Source: Armatimonadota bacterium
Lineage (GTDB): Bacteria > Armatimonadota > SYMT01
NCBI GenBank assembly: GCA_041690135.1
Contig: JAWLHY010000003.1
Location: forward strand, 352,001 to 416,000
Length of the DNA stretch: 64,000 nucleotides
Direction of reading: 5' to 3'
In this document: piece after piece, positions 19,689-28,638 of the stretch
How positions within the stretch are numbered: the stretch's first letter is position 1
Layout of the letters: the number at the start of each line of letters is the position of its first letter
The notes under the pieces: model-generated
What the model was told of the DNA's origin: nothing
Database searches by the model: none
What the model saw: only the letters and a program-made list of their open reading frames with translations
Position numbers and translations under genes: made by a program

Positions 19689-20795
19689 TCAGGCGGGTTT
19701 CCAGCCGCGCTCGATCCAGTACTTCTTTTCCGGCTCCGTTAACATCTGGTAGTAGAGCCGGGTGATGATCTTCACGTAGTTCTGGGTCTCGCGATAGGGG
19801 GGAATGCCCTTGTACTTCTTCACGGCGCCCGCGCCCGCGTTATAGCAGGCCAGGGCGAGCTTGATAGCCTGCGGAGAGACCTCGCCCTTGGACGACATAT
19901 TCTGGATATGGCGGCTCAACAGGCGGGTGCTGCCTTCCAGGTTCTGGCGGATGTCGAAGGCATCTCCCACGCCCAGATCACTGGCGGTGCCGGGCATCAA
20001 CTGACCCAGCCCCATGGCTCCGGCGGGGGAGACGGCATTCTGATTGAACCGGCTCTCCACGGCAATAACAGCCATTACCAGCCGCGGGTCGAGACCATAG
20101 CGCGTGCTATAGTCGATGATGTGACCCGCGATGCTGCGGGCCTGGTCGACCGCGATCCGCCGGTTGAAGTACCGCACCGCTTCGGCATAGACGTTCACGT
20201 AGTAGGCGCGGGTAGGCTTGGCGGTGGGTTTGCGGTAAGCTGACGCACTTACCCCGCGGCTCGAAACCTTGGGGGGTGTCCGCTTGTTCAGGGCCGCGGC
20301 CCGCTTTTTCTCCGCTTCCTTCCGCTTCGCTTCCGCCAGGGCCGCGCGAGTGATCTCCGCCAGTTCCGCTTCCTTGTCCTTGACCACGGACACGAGCTCC
20401 AGGGAGCCCGTGGTCTTCTCCGCATTCGTCACGACCTTCGACAGGAGGCGGACCGTGGTACCTACATCCAGGAAAGGCCAATCCGTCAGCGCCTTGCCCG
20501 GCGGCAGCGCAACCGCCACGCTTTCTGCTCCCGCCTCGCCGGACCCGATGAGCAGGGTGGTGTGTCCGTCCGCATCGATCGTGGCGGTGATCAGCCCCCG
20601 CACCTCCAGCAGCTTACCGGCAAACGCTTGCGGCTGGGTCTGCACTTCGAGAATGCTGAACTCGGGCAGCACCTGCCCCTGGTCGCGGACCTTAAAGTAG
20701 GCATCGGCCTGCGGGTGAGGGCTGGCCTTGTCGGCGGCTACCGGCATGGCGGCCAACAGGACGGCCGCCGTCAAGACGGGCAGAAGGAATCGCAT
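19689..20795 (-). CDS. Lytic transglycosylase (SLT domain) with signal peptide
   Basis: VIAVESRF, SPAGAMGLGQLMP, ACYNAG, PPYRETQNYV. Confidence 0.93.
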   Translation of the reverse strand: MRFLLPVLTAAVLLAAMPVAADKASPHPQADAYFKVRDQGQVLPEFSILEVQTQPQAFAGKLLEVRGLITATIDADGHTTLLIGSGEAGAESVAVALPPGKALTDWPFLDVGTTVRLLSKVVTNAEKTTGSLELVSVVKDKEAELAEITRAALAEAKRKEAEKKRAAALNKRTPPKVSSRGVSASAYRKPTAKPTRAYYVNVYAEAVRYFNRRIAVDQARSIAGHIIDYSTRYGLDPRLVMAVIAVESRFNQNAVSPAGAMGLGQLMPGTASDLGVGDAFDIRQNLEGSTRLLSRHIQNMSSKGEVSPQAIKLALACYNAGAGAVKKYKGIPPYRETQNYVKIITRLYYQMLTEPEKKYWIERGWKPA

Positions 20796-20955
20796 GCAGG
20801 GACCCCCGGCGGAACAACGCGCGCTCCCTTCCGATCCGTGGAAGCGCTCCGCAGTGAATGATGGGCAGATTGTGCCGGATCGAAACCCCATTACTGGGGT
20901 TCGATCGAATCACAACCGTTTGCCATTTTAGCCGGGTTCGCTGCCGGCGGCAACT

Positions 20956-21873
20956 TTAAGGGCGGCGACTGGGGGGCGTCGCCGCGATCCGCCGGCGGGT
21001 GGCGGTGCGGGGGGCCTCTTCCGGCGTTTGAAGCGCCATCTCCGCATAGTAGAGGCGGGGCAGGATGCCGTACTCGATGTAGAGCGACTGCTGCTCGATC
21101 AGGAAGTAGCGCCGACCCAGGCGAAGTGCCGCCTCCGCGGTGGTTCCGGTCCCCCCGAACGGATCGAGCACCACGTCACCCGGCTGGGTGCAGGCGGAAA
21201 CGATGCGGGAAAGCAGGGGGAGCGGCTTCTCCGTGCTGTGCAGCTTCTTTCCATCGACACCCTTCTTGCGGGCGTCGCCATTGCAGATGGGGAAGCGCCA
21301 CACGCTGCGCATCTGCTTTCCGCCGTTCTCTTCCTTCAGGTCGTGGTAGTTGAAGGTGTACCCGCGCGCATACCGGGCCCCTTTGGTGGCCCAAATCATC
21401 TCTTCGTGCGCGTTACAGAAGCGGACGCCCCGGAACTGCGGCGTGGGGTTCGTCTTCTCCCAGATGACGGTGTTCAACATCCAGTAGCCCAGATCTTGCA
21501 TCAGCGCGCCGATCCGGAACAGGTTGTGGTACATCCCGATCACCCAGAGGGTACCGGTGTCCTTCAGCACCCTCTGGCATTCGGACAGCCAGCCGCGCGT
21601 GAATTCGTCGTACTCCGCGTAGCTGGAGAACTGGTCCCACTCATCGTCCACGGCATCCACCACCGTATTGTTGGGCCGCCGCAACTCGTTCTGGAGCTGC
21701 AAGTAGTACGGGGGATCCGCAAAGATCAGGTCTACGGACCGGTCCGGGAGGTCGGCAAGAACGCGACGACAATCGCCCTGCACCACCCAGCAGCGGTTGA
21801 GATCGTAAACCTGGCCCGGCACGTGACGCACGTAGCGGGGCGAAAGACGGGACATTGGGTTGTTTGTTTGCAT
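20956..21873 (-). CDS. Beta-class DNA adenine methyltransferase, CcrM/M.HinfI-like
   Basis: FADPPY, VDAVDDEWDQF, NAHE, YTFNY, QMRS, VLDPFGGTGTT. Confidence 0.9.
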   Translation of the reverse strand: MQTNNPMSRLSPRYVRHVPGQVYDLNRCWVVQGDCRRVLADLPDRSVDLIFADPPYYLQLQNELRRPNNTVVDAVDDEWDQFSSYAEYDEFTRGWLSECQRVLKDTGTLWVIGMYHNLFRIGALMQDLGYWMLNTVIWEKTNPTPQFRGVRFCNAHEEMIWATKGARYARGYTFNYHDLKEENGGKQMRSVWRFPICNGDARKKGVDGKKLHSTEKPLPLLSRIVSACTQPGDVVLDPFGGTGTTAEAALRLGRRYFLIEQQSLYIEYGILPRLYYAEMALQTPEEAPRTATRRRIAATPPSRRP

Positions 21874-21946
21874 GGCAGTTCCACCATGACTGTCGGTCAA
21901 GGATTCCCGCCAGCCACAGGGGAATTGCGCTGCAGCGCGGCGCGCG

Positions 21947-22447
21947 CTATTCGGCCCAGAACTGCTCGACTTCCTGAGCAAGTGCCAGCTGGCGGGTAAC
22001 CCAGCTTTCCATGGCACGTACCTTTTCCTCCCGCATTCCAAACGCGGATGCGAGCCGGCCGACGAATTCGTTCTCTTCGGGGCTGAAATCGTTATCGGCG
22101 TGGCCGACACCGATGATTTCCAGCATGACGACGGAGCGGGCTTGCTCGGTATTAAAGAAAGACGCCAGGTCTTCAATATCGCTTCCCGAAAGATCCGGGT
22201 CGGCGGGCGCTGCGGCTTCGACTTCCGCTTCCGGCGCTTCCGAGTCTTCGTCCCCGATGTGGAAGAGGCGATCCAGTTCCGCGGCGAGGTGGCCGTCGGC
22301 GGGACCGAAACTCTGTCCCGTCTCCGCATACATCAGTTCCAGCAGATTCTGCTCTTCGTCCGCGAGGTGGCGATCGGCCTCGATGAACTGTTTCGCCAGG
22401 GCCAGAAAGGCTTTCTGCTGTGTGTCGTTCAACAGGTGCAGAAACAT
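21947..22447 (-). CDS. TerB-like (tellurite resistance / DjlA N-terminal fold) protein
   Basis: Two acidic ADxxxxxEE motifs (ADRHLADEE, ADNDFSPEE). Confidence 0.7.
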   Translation of the reverse strand: MFLHLLNDTQQKAFLALAKQFIEADRHLADEEQNLLELMYAETGQSFGPADGHLAAELDRLFHIGDEDSEAPEAEVEAAAPADPDLSGSDIEDLASFFNTEQARSVVMLEIIGVGHADNDFSPEENEFVGRLASAFGMREEKVRAMESWVTRQLALAQEVEQFWAE

Positions 22448-22781
22448 CTAATTCTCTCCTCCGCGTCCACCCGTTCCGTAAGCCCGCTTCTCGCCTGGGG
22501 CATTTGCTGAAGCGATCGGGGCCCACTCCAAACCGGCCCGTGGTCGACCGCCTTTCGGCTAGACAGGCCTGGATAGTATACCTCTACCAGGGAGGTACCT
22601 GGGCAGTTTACCGGTCCTCCAGCCGCACACGCCACCGGCGAGTTTGCCGCGGACTTGCTGCGGTCCCATGTCCTCGACTAGAATGTTTGCCTGGGGGAGG
22701 CTCAAGCCCAGCCGGGCGGGAATGCCGAACCTTACTGCGCCCCCAATACCGGAACAAGCCGGGACAGGAAGGACCCGATCG

Positions 22782-23162
22782 ATGCCGCTACGCATTCTCG
22801 CGATCGATGATGAAGCCAACGTGCGCCGGATCGTGCAGGTGATCCTCGCCCGCGCAGGGCATCAGGTCACGCTGGCCACCGATGGCGTTGAGGGTCTGGA
22901 AAAAGTCCGACAGGAACACCCCGATCTGGTGGTGCTGGACGTGATGATGCCGCACATGGACGGGTTCGAGATGCTGAAGCGCATGAAGGCGGACCCGGAG
23001 ATCGCCGAGATCAAGGTCATCATGCTCACCGCTCGCGCCCAGGATGCCGACGTCTTCGAAGGCGAGCGCCTGGGCGCCGATCTCTACCTCACGAAACCGT
23101 TCAATCCCAACGAGCTCCTACAGGCCGTGGATCAGGTTTTCGCCCCGGATGAAACCGTCTGA
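22782..23162 (+). CDS. Single-domain response regulator (CheY-like)
   Basis: IDDE, LDVMMP, LTA, KPF. Confidence 0.95.
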   Translation: MPLRILAIDDEANVRRIVQVILARAGHQVTLATDGVEGLEKVRQEHPDLVVLDVMMPHMDGFEMLKRMKADPEIAEIKVIMLTARAQDADVFEGERLGADLYLTKPFNPNELLQAVDQVFAPDETV

Positions 23163-23323
23163 ATTTCCGGCGCCACACGGTCCTACTTTAGGTGTATTCC
23201 GAAAACCGAACGACCGTCGGATCAGGATCGCTGCGCGCCGGCCCAGAATGGGGGTAGTGCCGGGAAGCGCAACCGGCTAGCTTATTCCTCCCCTTACGGG
23301 CCTCTCCCGCGCGGGGTTAAATT

Positions 23324-23356
23324 GGACCGGACGTGAACCCGTTTCACGTCCGGTCC
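23324..23356. terminator. Probable bidirectional terminator hairpin
   Basis: Perfect 14-bp stem ggaccggacgtgaa/ttcacgtccggtcc between convergent genes. Confidence 0.6.
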
Positions 23357-23413
23357 TGATGCTTTCTGGGCAGAACTTTGCGATCCGGTCTTTACTTAGC
23401 CCTGCCCTCCACG

Positions 23414-25432
23414 TCACTCTCCATCCCACAACCGGCGGCCGAGATCGTTTAGCCGCGGCACGTCCACTTCCAGCAAGTAGCGCTCGCGGACCAGTCTGCG
23501 CGTCGCGGCGTGGAACTGCTGGAGGTAGTTCTCCCGAGACGGGTAGCGCTCCTGGAGGGACGGGCGGGGATCCCCCGCTGCCTTCCGCTCCTCCGGCGTG
23601 CGGAGCAGAGGGATGTAGGCGCCGGTGAGGCTCAACAGTTCGTGCTCCGCGCCGATCTTCGGGTCGCGTAAGTTCCAGCCGGTGAGGGTGCCCAGCGGGA
23701 CCGCCACGGTGGGCAGTGAGAGCACGCCCTGTTCATTGTTGTCAGGCCCGTAGCGGGGGACGAGGACGGTGTAGCGTCCCTTGCGCACCGGAGGGAGCCG
23801 CGTGAGGCGCCGGTGGCTCCGGAACTCCGGGCCGTGGTCCAGGTACTCCGGGTTATGAATCACCTCCGGGTAGCGGACGCCGGGGAGCGCCTGCCAGCCG
23901 CTTTCGCCTTCTCGCCACCCGGCGAGGGTGCCGTCCGCAATCCGGGGATACCGGCTATCGGGAGGCAGGGTGCCGTCGGTGATCCACGCGTGGAGTGAAG
24001 TCAGCAATCCCCGCAGCAAGGGGCGGTAGTCGGTGGGGTTGCCGGGGAGCAGGCCGTTCCCTTTCGCTCCCGGGATCCCGCTCCCCGCACCATGCTGCGC
24101 TCCCCCGATGGCATAGATCCGCACCTCCGGCGGGATGACCGCGTCCCGCTTTCCGCGCGGATCGGTGTGGACCAGCGAGCCGGAGCGGTGCCAGTATTCG
24201 GCGGATGTCTGGGTGTGGAAGATCTTCGGGACCACCCCCGCGGCCCGGGCCCGGCGCAGCAGCCCATCCGTGCGCCCGGTGAAGGGGTCCTTCTCCTCGC
24301 CGTAGGTGAAGGGGAACACGTCGGCAGGATAAAGATGGTTATCATGCTGGGCGTTGTGACGGGTGGGAGAGGCGAAGCGGTGATTGAAGAATCCCATCCC
24401 CGCACCTGCGACGTGCGGTATCAAGCCGTCGAAAACGATACGACCCCGCTCGTCGGCATTGAAGCCGTCGTAGAGGAGCTGCCGGAGGGCTCTACCGCTC
24501 TGCGAAACGCCGAAGCCGATCGCCCGTTTCACCGCCGGGTCGCCACCCGCCAGGCTCACGGGATTTGCGCTCCCCCGCTCATATTTCAAAAACGCGATCA
24601 GGTCCCGGATACCGGCCAATCCCAGTCCCTGGACCAGCGGTCCCTCCGCCTCGTAGATCAGCTCGTAGAGGTAGCCGGGGCGGAACCCACCCGCGAGAAC
24701 CAGGTCCACCTGGGGAAGCGCGCTCTTCTCTCCGTTCACTTCGATCGGGCGTGCCTCCAACCGCCACTGGTTGCGCGGGATCGGCACGCGCGCGTCCGCT
24801 TCCCGGAGCCTCCAGGTGAGGGTAGCGGTCTCCACTCCCCGGGGAGTGGGGGCGTAGCTCCCGTGGCCGGCCCACTGGGCGATGTTCAGTCGTTCGGCGG
24901 GTGCGTCCGGAGCCATCTCCGCGCGCACCCGGCCGCGGATCGGCGCGCCATTCCGGAAGGCGACCGGAACCTCCAGCCGCAGCCGCCGGGGGTCCGGGAG
25001 CAGCTCGGCGATCCAACCGCTGCGCACGAGAATGTACCCGTTCCGCATCAGGAAACCGTCGGCGCCGCCGTTGAACATTCCCTCGGCCGTGCGGTTGCCG
25101 CGGTTGTTCACATCGTAGAGGGCGGTCCCGTTCGCCCGGGAGAGGTCCTTCGGCGCCAGAATCTCCAGGTCCGCCGAGAACTCGACCCTCCCCCGGCCGT
25201 TGCGCGGCGCCAGCTCCAGGTCGATCACCCGCCGGTTCGCCTCCAGCTTCGGATCGACCTCGAAATGGACCCGGCCTGCCAATCGCTGGTAGGACCCCAC
25301 GGTTCCGAAGGCACGCCCGTTCTCATAGGGCTCCCGCACGCGGAGGTCGATCCGCGTTACTTCCGCTTCCGCGGGCCCGCCCAGCGCCAGGACCGCGCCC
25401 AGCAGACCCGCCCCTACCAGCCTTTTCCGCAT
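23414..25432 (-). CDS. Secreted alpha/beta hydrolase domain protein (Abhydrolase_10-like)
   Basis: Signal peptide, YDVNNRG, GVSQSGR nucleophile elbow, SAEYW, SLQERY. Confidence 0.85.
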   Translation of the reverse strand: MRKRLVGAGLLGAVLALGGPAEAEVTRIDLRVREPYENGRAFGTVGSYQRLAGRVHFEVDPKLEANRRVIDLELAPRNGRGRVEFSADLEILAPKDLSRANGTALYDVNNRGNRTAEGMFNGGADGFLMRNGYILVRSGWIAELLPDPRRLRLEVPVAFRNGAPIRGRVRAEMAPDAPAERLNIAQWAGHGSYAPTPRGVETATLTWRLREADARVPIPRNQWRLEARPIEVNGEKSALPQVDLVLAGGFRPGYLYELIYEAEGPLVQGLGLAGIRDLIAFLKYERGSANPVSLAGGDPAVKRAIGFGVSQSGRALRQLLYDGFNADERGRIVFDGLIPHVAGAGMGFFNHRFASPTRHNAQHDNHLYPADVFPFTYGEEKDPFTGRTDGLLRRARAAGVVPKIFHTQTSAEYWHRSGSLVHTDPRGKRDAVIPPEVRIYAIGGAQHGAGSGIPGAKGNGLLPGNPTDYRPLLRGLLTSLHAWITDGTLPPDSRYPRIADGTLAGWREGESGWQALPGVRYPEVIHNPEYLDHGPEFRSHRRLTRLPPVRKGRYTVLVPRYGPDNNEQGVLSLPTVAVPLGTLTGWNLRDPKIGAEHELLSLTGAYIPLLRTPEERKAAGDPRPSLQERYPSRENYLQQFHAATRRLVRERYLLEVDVPRLNDLGRRLWDGE

Positions 25433-25645
25433 CCTGAAACTCCTCTCGGCTCACAGCCGACTTCCGTCCGACCGGATGTATTATCGCCCCCGCGCCGGAG
25501 TGAGCCCCGTCCAGTGTGCCGGGATACGGCATTCAGGAGTTGTGGAGGCCCAGCGGTGCGGCCATTTCGTCAAGTCCGTGCGACCATCCATCATAGGTTT
25601 CCGAGCTCTCCTGGCCGAACCTACACGTACCGGAGAGGTTTTTGA

Positions 25646-26218
25646 ATGCCCCGTGAAGAGAGCCAACCCACCGGATGGCGCCGGACGCGACCACGCCCAT
25701 GGGTGTTGGTCGGATGCACGGGCGCCTCGTTACTGCTGGTACTGGGAGTCAGTCAGACTGGCGATCTATGGCCTCTGCCAGCCAAGCAGCTGCCACCCGC
25801 GGCGGAGTGTGCCGCCCAGTTGAAACAACTCTCAACGGCACTACAGATGTACTGCCAGGACCATGATGAGCGGTTGCCTCCCGCAGACGCCTGGGCTGAT
25901 GGGTTGTTCCCGTACACCCGTAGGGCCGATCTCCTGGTCTGTCCCAGCCGACCCGGGTTGGCCTCCGGTTATGCATTCAGATCCCAGTTCGACCGGCACC
26001 CATTGAGCCGGATCCCAGCGCCCGAAGAGACGCCGCTGCTGTTCGAATCGGTCCTGGGAGTTCCCAACGCTTCCGGTGGACTGGAAACCTATACCACGCC
26101 GCACCGCGGAAAGGGCAACGTGGTCTTCGCCGATGGCCACGTGAAAAGCTATGCCGACGTCTCGGACTTCCGGACCGGTACTTCAACTCGCGGGTCCGTG
26201 GAGGGACGCGCGAGATAG
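25646..26218 (+). CDS. DUF1559 / H-X9-DG domain protein
   Basis: CxxQLKQL...MYCQDHDERLP and HRGKGNVVFADGHVK. Confidence 0.85.
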   Translation: MPREESQPTGWRRTRPRPWVLVGCTGASLLLVLGVSQTGDLWPLPAKQLPPAAECAAQLKQLSTALQMYCQDHDERLPPADAWADGLFPYTRRADLLVCPSRPGLASGYAFRSQFDRHPLSRIPAPEETPLLFESVLGVPNASGGLETYTTPHRGKGNVVFADGHVKSYADVSDFRTGTSTRGSVEGRAR

Positions 26219-26373
26219 GTTCCAGGTTGAGGAGACTACGCCGGGCATCGTGGCGGGCGAGACGCCCCCGCTCCGATTCCCAACCTTCAACCTTCAACCT
26301 GCCAACTTTTAGCCCCCGAGGGGGGCCAGATCCCACTCCCGCCAACCCCAGCAAAACTTTTTGAAAAAATAGC

Positions 26374-26404
26374 TGCAAGAAACCCGGGGGCTCCGCAGTC
26401 AATA
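26374..26404 (+). promoter_or_regulatory. Possible ECF-type autoregulatory promoter
   Basis: tgcaagaaac...gtcaata upstream of the ECF sigma gene; pattern resemblance only. Confidence 0.3.
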
Positions 26405-26453
26405 AAGACAGCAGGGCAATGAACGAGCCCTGCCGGACGACTGAAGCCCCCCC

Positions 26454-27059
26454 ATGTTAAACGACGACGCCCTGGTTTCCGAATGCTTACAAGGGGATGA
26501 GGATGCCTTCCGCCTCCTGGTGGAGCGCCACCGGTCACGGCTTTATGCCCTGGCCACCGGCATTCTTCAGGATAGCGATATGGCCAGCGACGCCGTGCAG
26601 GATGCCTTCTTGAAGGCGTACGGCGCCCTCTCCGAATACCGGGGGCGAGGGTTGTTCGGCGCCTGGATTCGGAAGATCCTGGTCAACCAGTGCCTCTCGC
26701 TCCTGCGACAGCGGCACAGCTATCTTTCGCTCGAGGATCTGGACGGCGAAATGGTCTCGCCGGAGCGGACCCCCGAGGAGTGCGCGGTCGCCGAGAGCGA
26801 GGCGGACGTCATCCGCCGCGCGATGGGCCGGTTGCCGGCGCATTACCGCGCCGCGTTGGTGCTGCGTGTCGTCGAAGGCCTCAGCTACCGGGAGATCGCT
26901 CAGCTCCTGGGCGTGCCCGAGAGCACGGTCGAGACCTGGATCCACCGGGGCCGCCAGCGGATGCGCGCCATCCTCCGCCCCCAGGTTTCCGCTCCGGCGA
27001 CGGAGAGTGAGCGCCCCTGTACCCGGCCGATTCCGGCCCCGCTCTTTCATGGGAAGTAG
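26454..27059 (+). CDS. ECF RNA polymerase sigma factor
   Basis: DAVQDAFLKAY, FGAWI, GLSYREIAQLLGVPESTVETWIHRGR. Confidence 0.95.
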   Translation: MLNDDALVSECLQGDEDAFRLLVERHRSRLYALATGILQDSDMASDAVQDAFLKAYGALSEYRGRGLFGAWIRKILVNQCLSLLRQRHSYLSLEDLDGEMVSPERTPEECAVAESEADVIRRAMGRLPAHYRAALVLRVVEGLSYREIAQLLGVPESTVETWIHRGRQRMRAILRPQVSAPATESERPCTRPIPAPLFHGK

Positions 27060-27064
27060 GACCG

Positions 27065-27676
27065 ATGACCTGCTGTGAGTACGAAAACCGTCTCTCCGCC
27101 TTCCTGGATGGCGAGTTGCCCCGCTGGACCCGGTGGAAAGTGCAGAACCACCTCCGCGGGTGCCGCCAGTGCCAGATGTCGCTGCAAGAGTTGACCGCCA
27201 TCAACGGCAGTCTCCTGGCGATGTGCGAGGCGGACCCGGCGCCGGAGTACCTGACAGGCGCGATTATGCACCGCCTTCCCGCCATGCCGCCCGCCCGCCC
27301 GCGGCGCCATGGGGTGATGCCCTGGGCCGCCGGGTTGGCAGTGGCCGGCATGCAGGCCCTGGCCCTGTTCGGGGCTTATTGGTGGGGCTTTATGCGAGGG
27401 ACCACCAACCCCGTTCCGAGCTTTGGATCGGCTACGGTAGTATCGCCCGGCGGACTGGGACGGACGACCGGGGCATCTCCGGCGGGAGAATCTGCCTCCG
27501 GCAGCCCGCTTGAACCCGTCAACCACCGGGGCCCGATCTGGAGCACCACCGGACGCTATGGCCCGATGGATACCACTCGCCTCCAGGAACTGGAGAGCAA
27601 CGGGCAGCGACACACTCCAGGGATGCCGGCGAACGCTCCGCGTATGAACGTGGTAGTTCCGGCGCCCGCACGGTAA
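27065..27676 (+). CDS. Zinc-finger (zf-HC2) anti-sigma factor
   Basis: LSAFLDGEL...HLRGCRQC followed by a TM helix; directly after the sigma gene. Confidence 0.9.
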   Translation: MTCCEYENRLSAFLDGELPRWTRWKVQNHLRGCRQCQMSLQELTAINGSLLAMCEADPAPEYLTGAIMHRLPAMPPARPRRHGVMPWAAGLAVAGMQALALFGAYWWGFMRGTTNPVPSFGSATVVSPGGLGRTTGASPAGESASGSPLEPVNHRGPIWSTTGRYGPMDTTRLQELESNGQRHTPGMPANAPRMNVVVPAPAR

Positions 27677-27931
27677 GCCCTGCCGTCGCGAACGGCGCCG
27701 GCCGACGACCGGGCGCCGAAATCCTACTCTCGAACCGGACCGACGCCCCGGCTGCACCGGTTTAAAGTTGGATTTCATTCAAGTTTTCGACCAACGCCTA
27801 GAAGTCAGTTTTTAAAGCAAATAAATGCCCCCATCTCTGGGGCAGCTATCAATCAACCGGCTCGACGCAGAACGCAGCGCTCCGGAAACCAAGCACAGAG
27901 CCGGTGGTAGACCGGCGGAGGGGAAGCAACG

Positions 27932-28561
27932 ATGAGTATTGCCGCGATTTCGATGAACACCTATGCGGGCCACCCCGGGCTTCCTTCGTCGGGTACGGGC
28001 CTCGGTAGCGTGAGCCTCTCACCGGCGGAAGCGGAAACCCAGTTGGGCGCCTACCGGGGTGGCATCTACGCGTATCTGCGTCGCCGCGGCTTCAGCGCCG
28101 AGGAAGCCGATGATCTGACCCAGGAGACCCTGATCCGCGCTTACACCCATCTACCGGGTTTCCGCGGCACCTCCCTGGGGGCCTGGCTCTACCGCATCGC
28201 CGCGAACGTGTCGGTCGACTACCTGCGCAAGCAGCGCCTCGTCACCCTTTCTCTGGATGCGCCGGTCGACGGCGCCGCCGGGCCGGGTGTCGCCTCCATC
28301 CCCGCGGAAGAGGAGCCGCTGGACCTGCGCCTCTGCCGGGATGAAGACCGCCACCACATGCAGTCGGTGATCGGTCTCCTACCGGAGTGCCACCAGCGCG
28401 TGTTGCGGTTGCGCTATTACGAGGACTGCTCGCTGGCGGAGATCTCCGTGGCGCTCAACTGCTCGCCGATGGCCGCCAAGCTGCGTGTCTTCCGGGCGGT
28501 GTCCGCTTTGCGGAAGCGCTGGCGGTCGCTGGAGTCCCTCGGGACGATGGAGGCGGCCTGA
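27932..28561 (+). CDS. ECF RNA polymerase sigma factor (second)
   Basis: DDLTQET, WLYRIAAN, SLAEIS...KLRVFRA. Confidence 0.92.
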   Translation: MSIAAISMNTYAGHPGLPSSGTGLGSVSLSPAEAETQLGAYRGGIYAYLRRRGFSAEEADDLTQETLIRAYTHLPGFRGTSLGAWLYRIAANVSVDYLRKQRLVTLSLDAPVDGAAGPGVASIPAEEEPLDLRLCRDEDRHHMQSVIGLLPECHQRVLRLRYYEDCSLAEISVALNCSPMAAKLRVFRAVSALRKRWRSLESLGTMEAA

Positions 28562-28638
28562 TTTAAGGCTCGGTTCCTTGAGCGGAGTACGACGGCTGTA
28601 ATACAATAACGGCATTCCCCACTGGAAGGAGTGGCGCC

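Noticed and set aside
20864-20955. c-di-AMP (ydaO) or c-di-GMP-I riboswitch
   Set aside because: Fragments resemble them (CAGCGAACCCGG, GGCAAAC), but the order is wrong and GACGCAAA is missing; kept only as an unknown structure.
23230-23280. Second c-di-GMP-II-like motif (GCGCAACCGGC)
   Set aside because: The pairing is nested instead of pseudoknotted, and no co-oriented gene follows.
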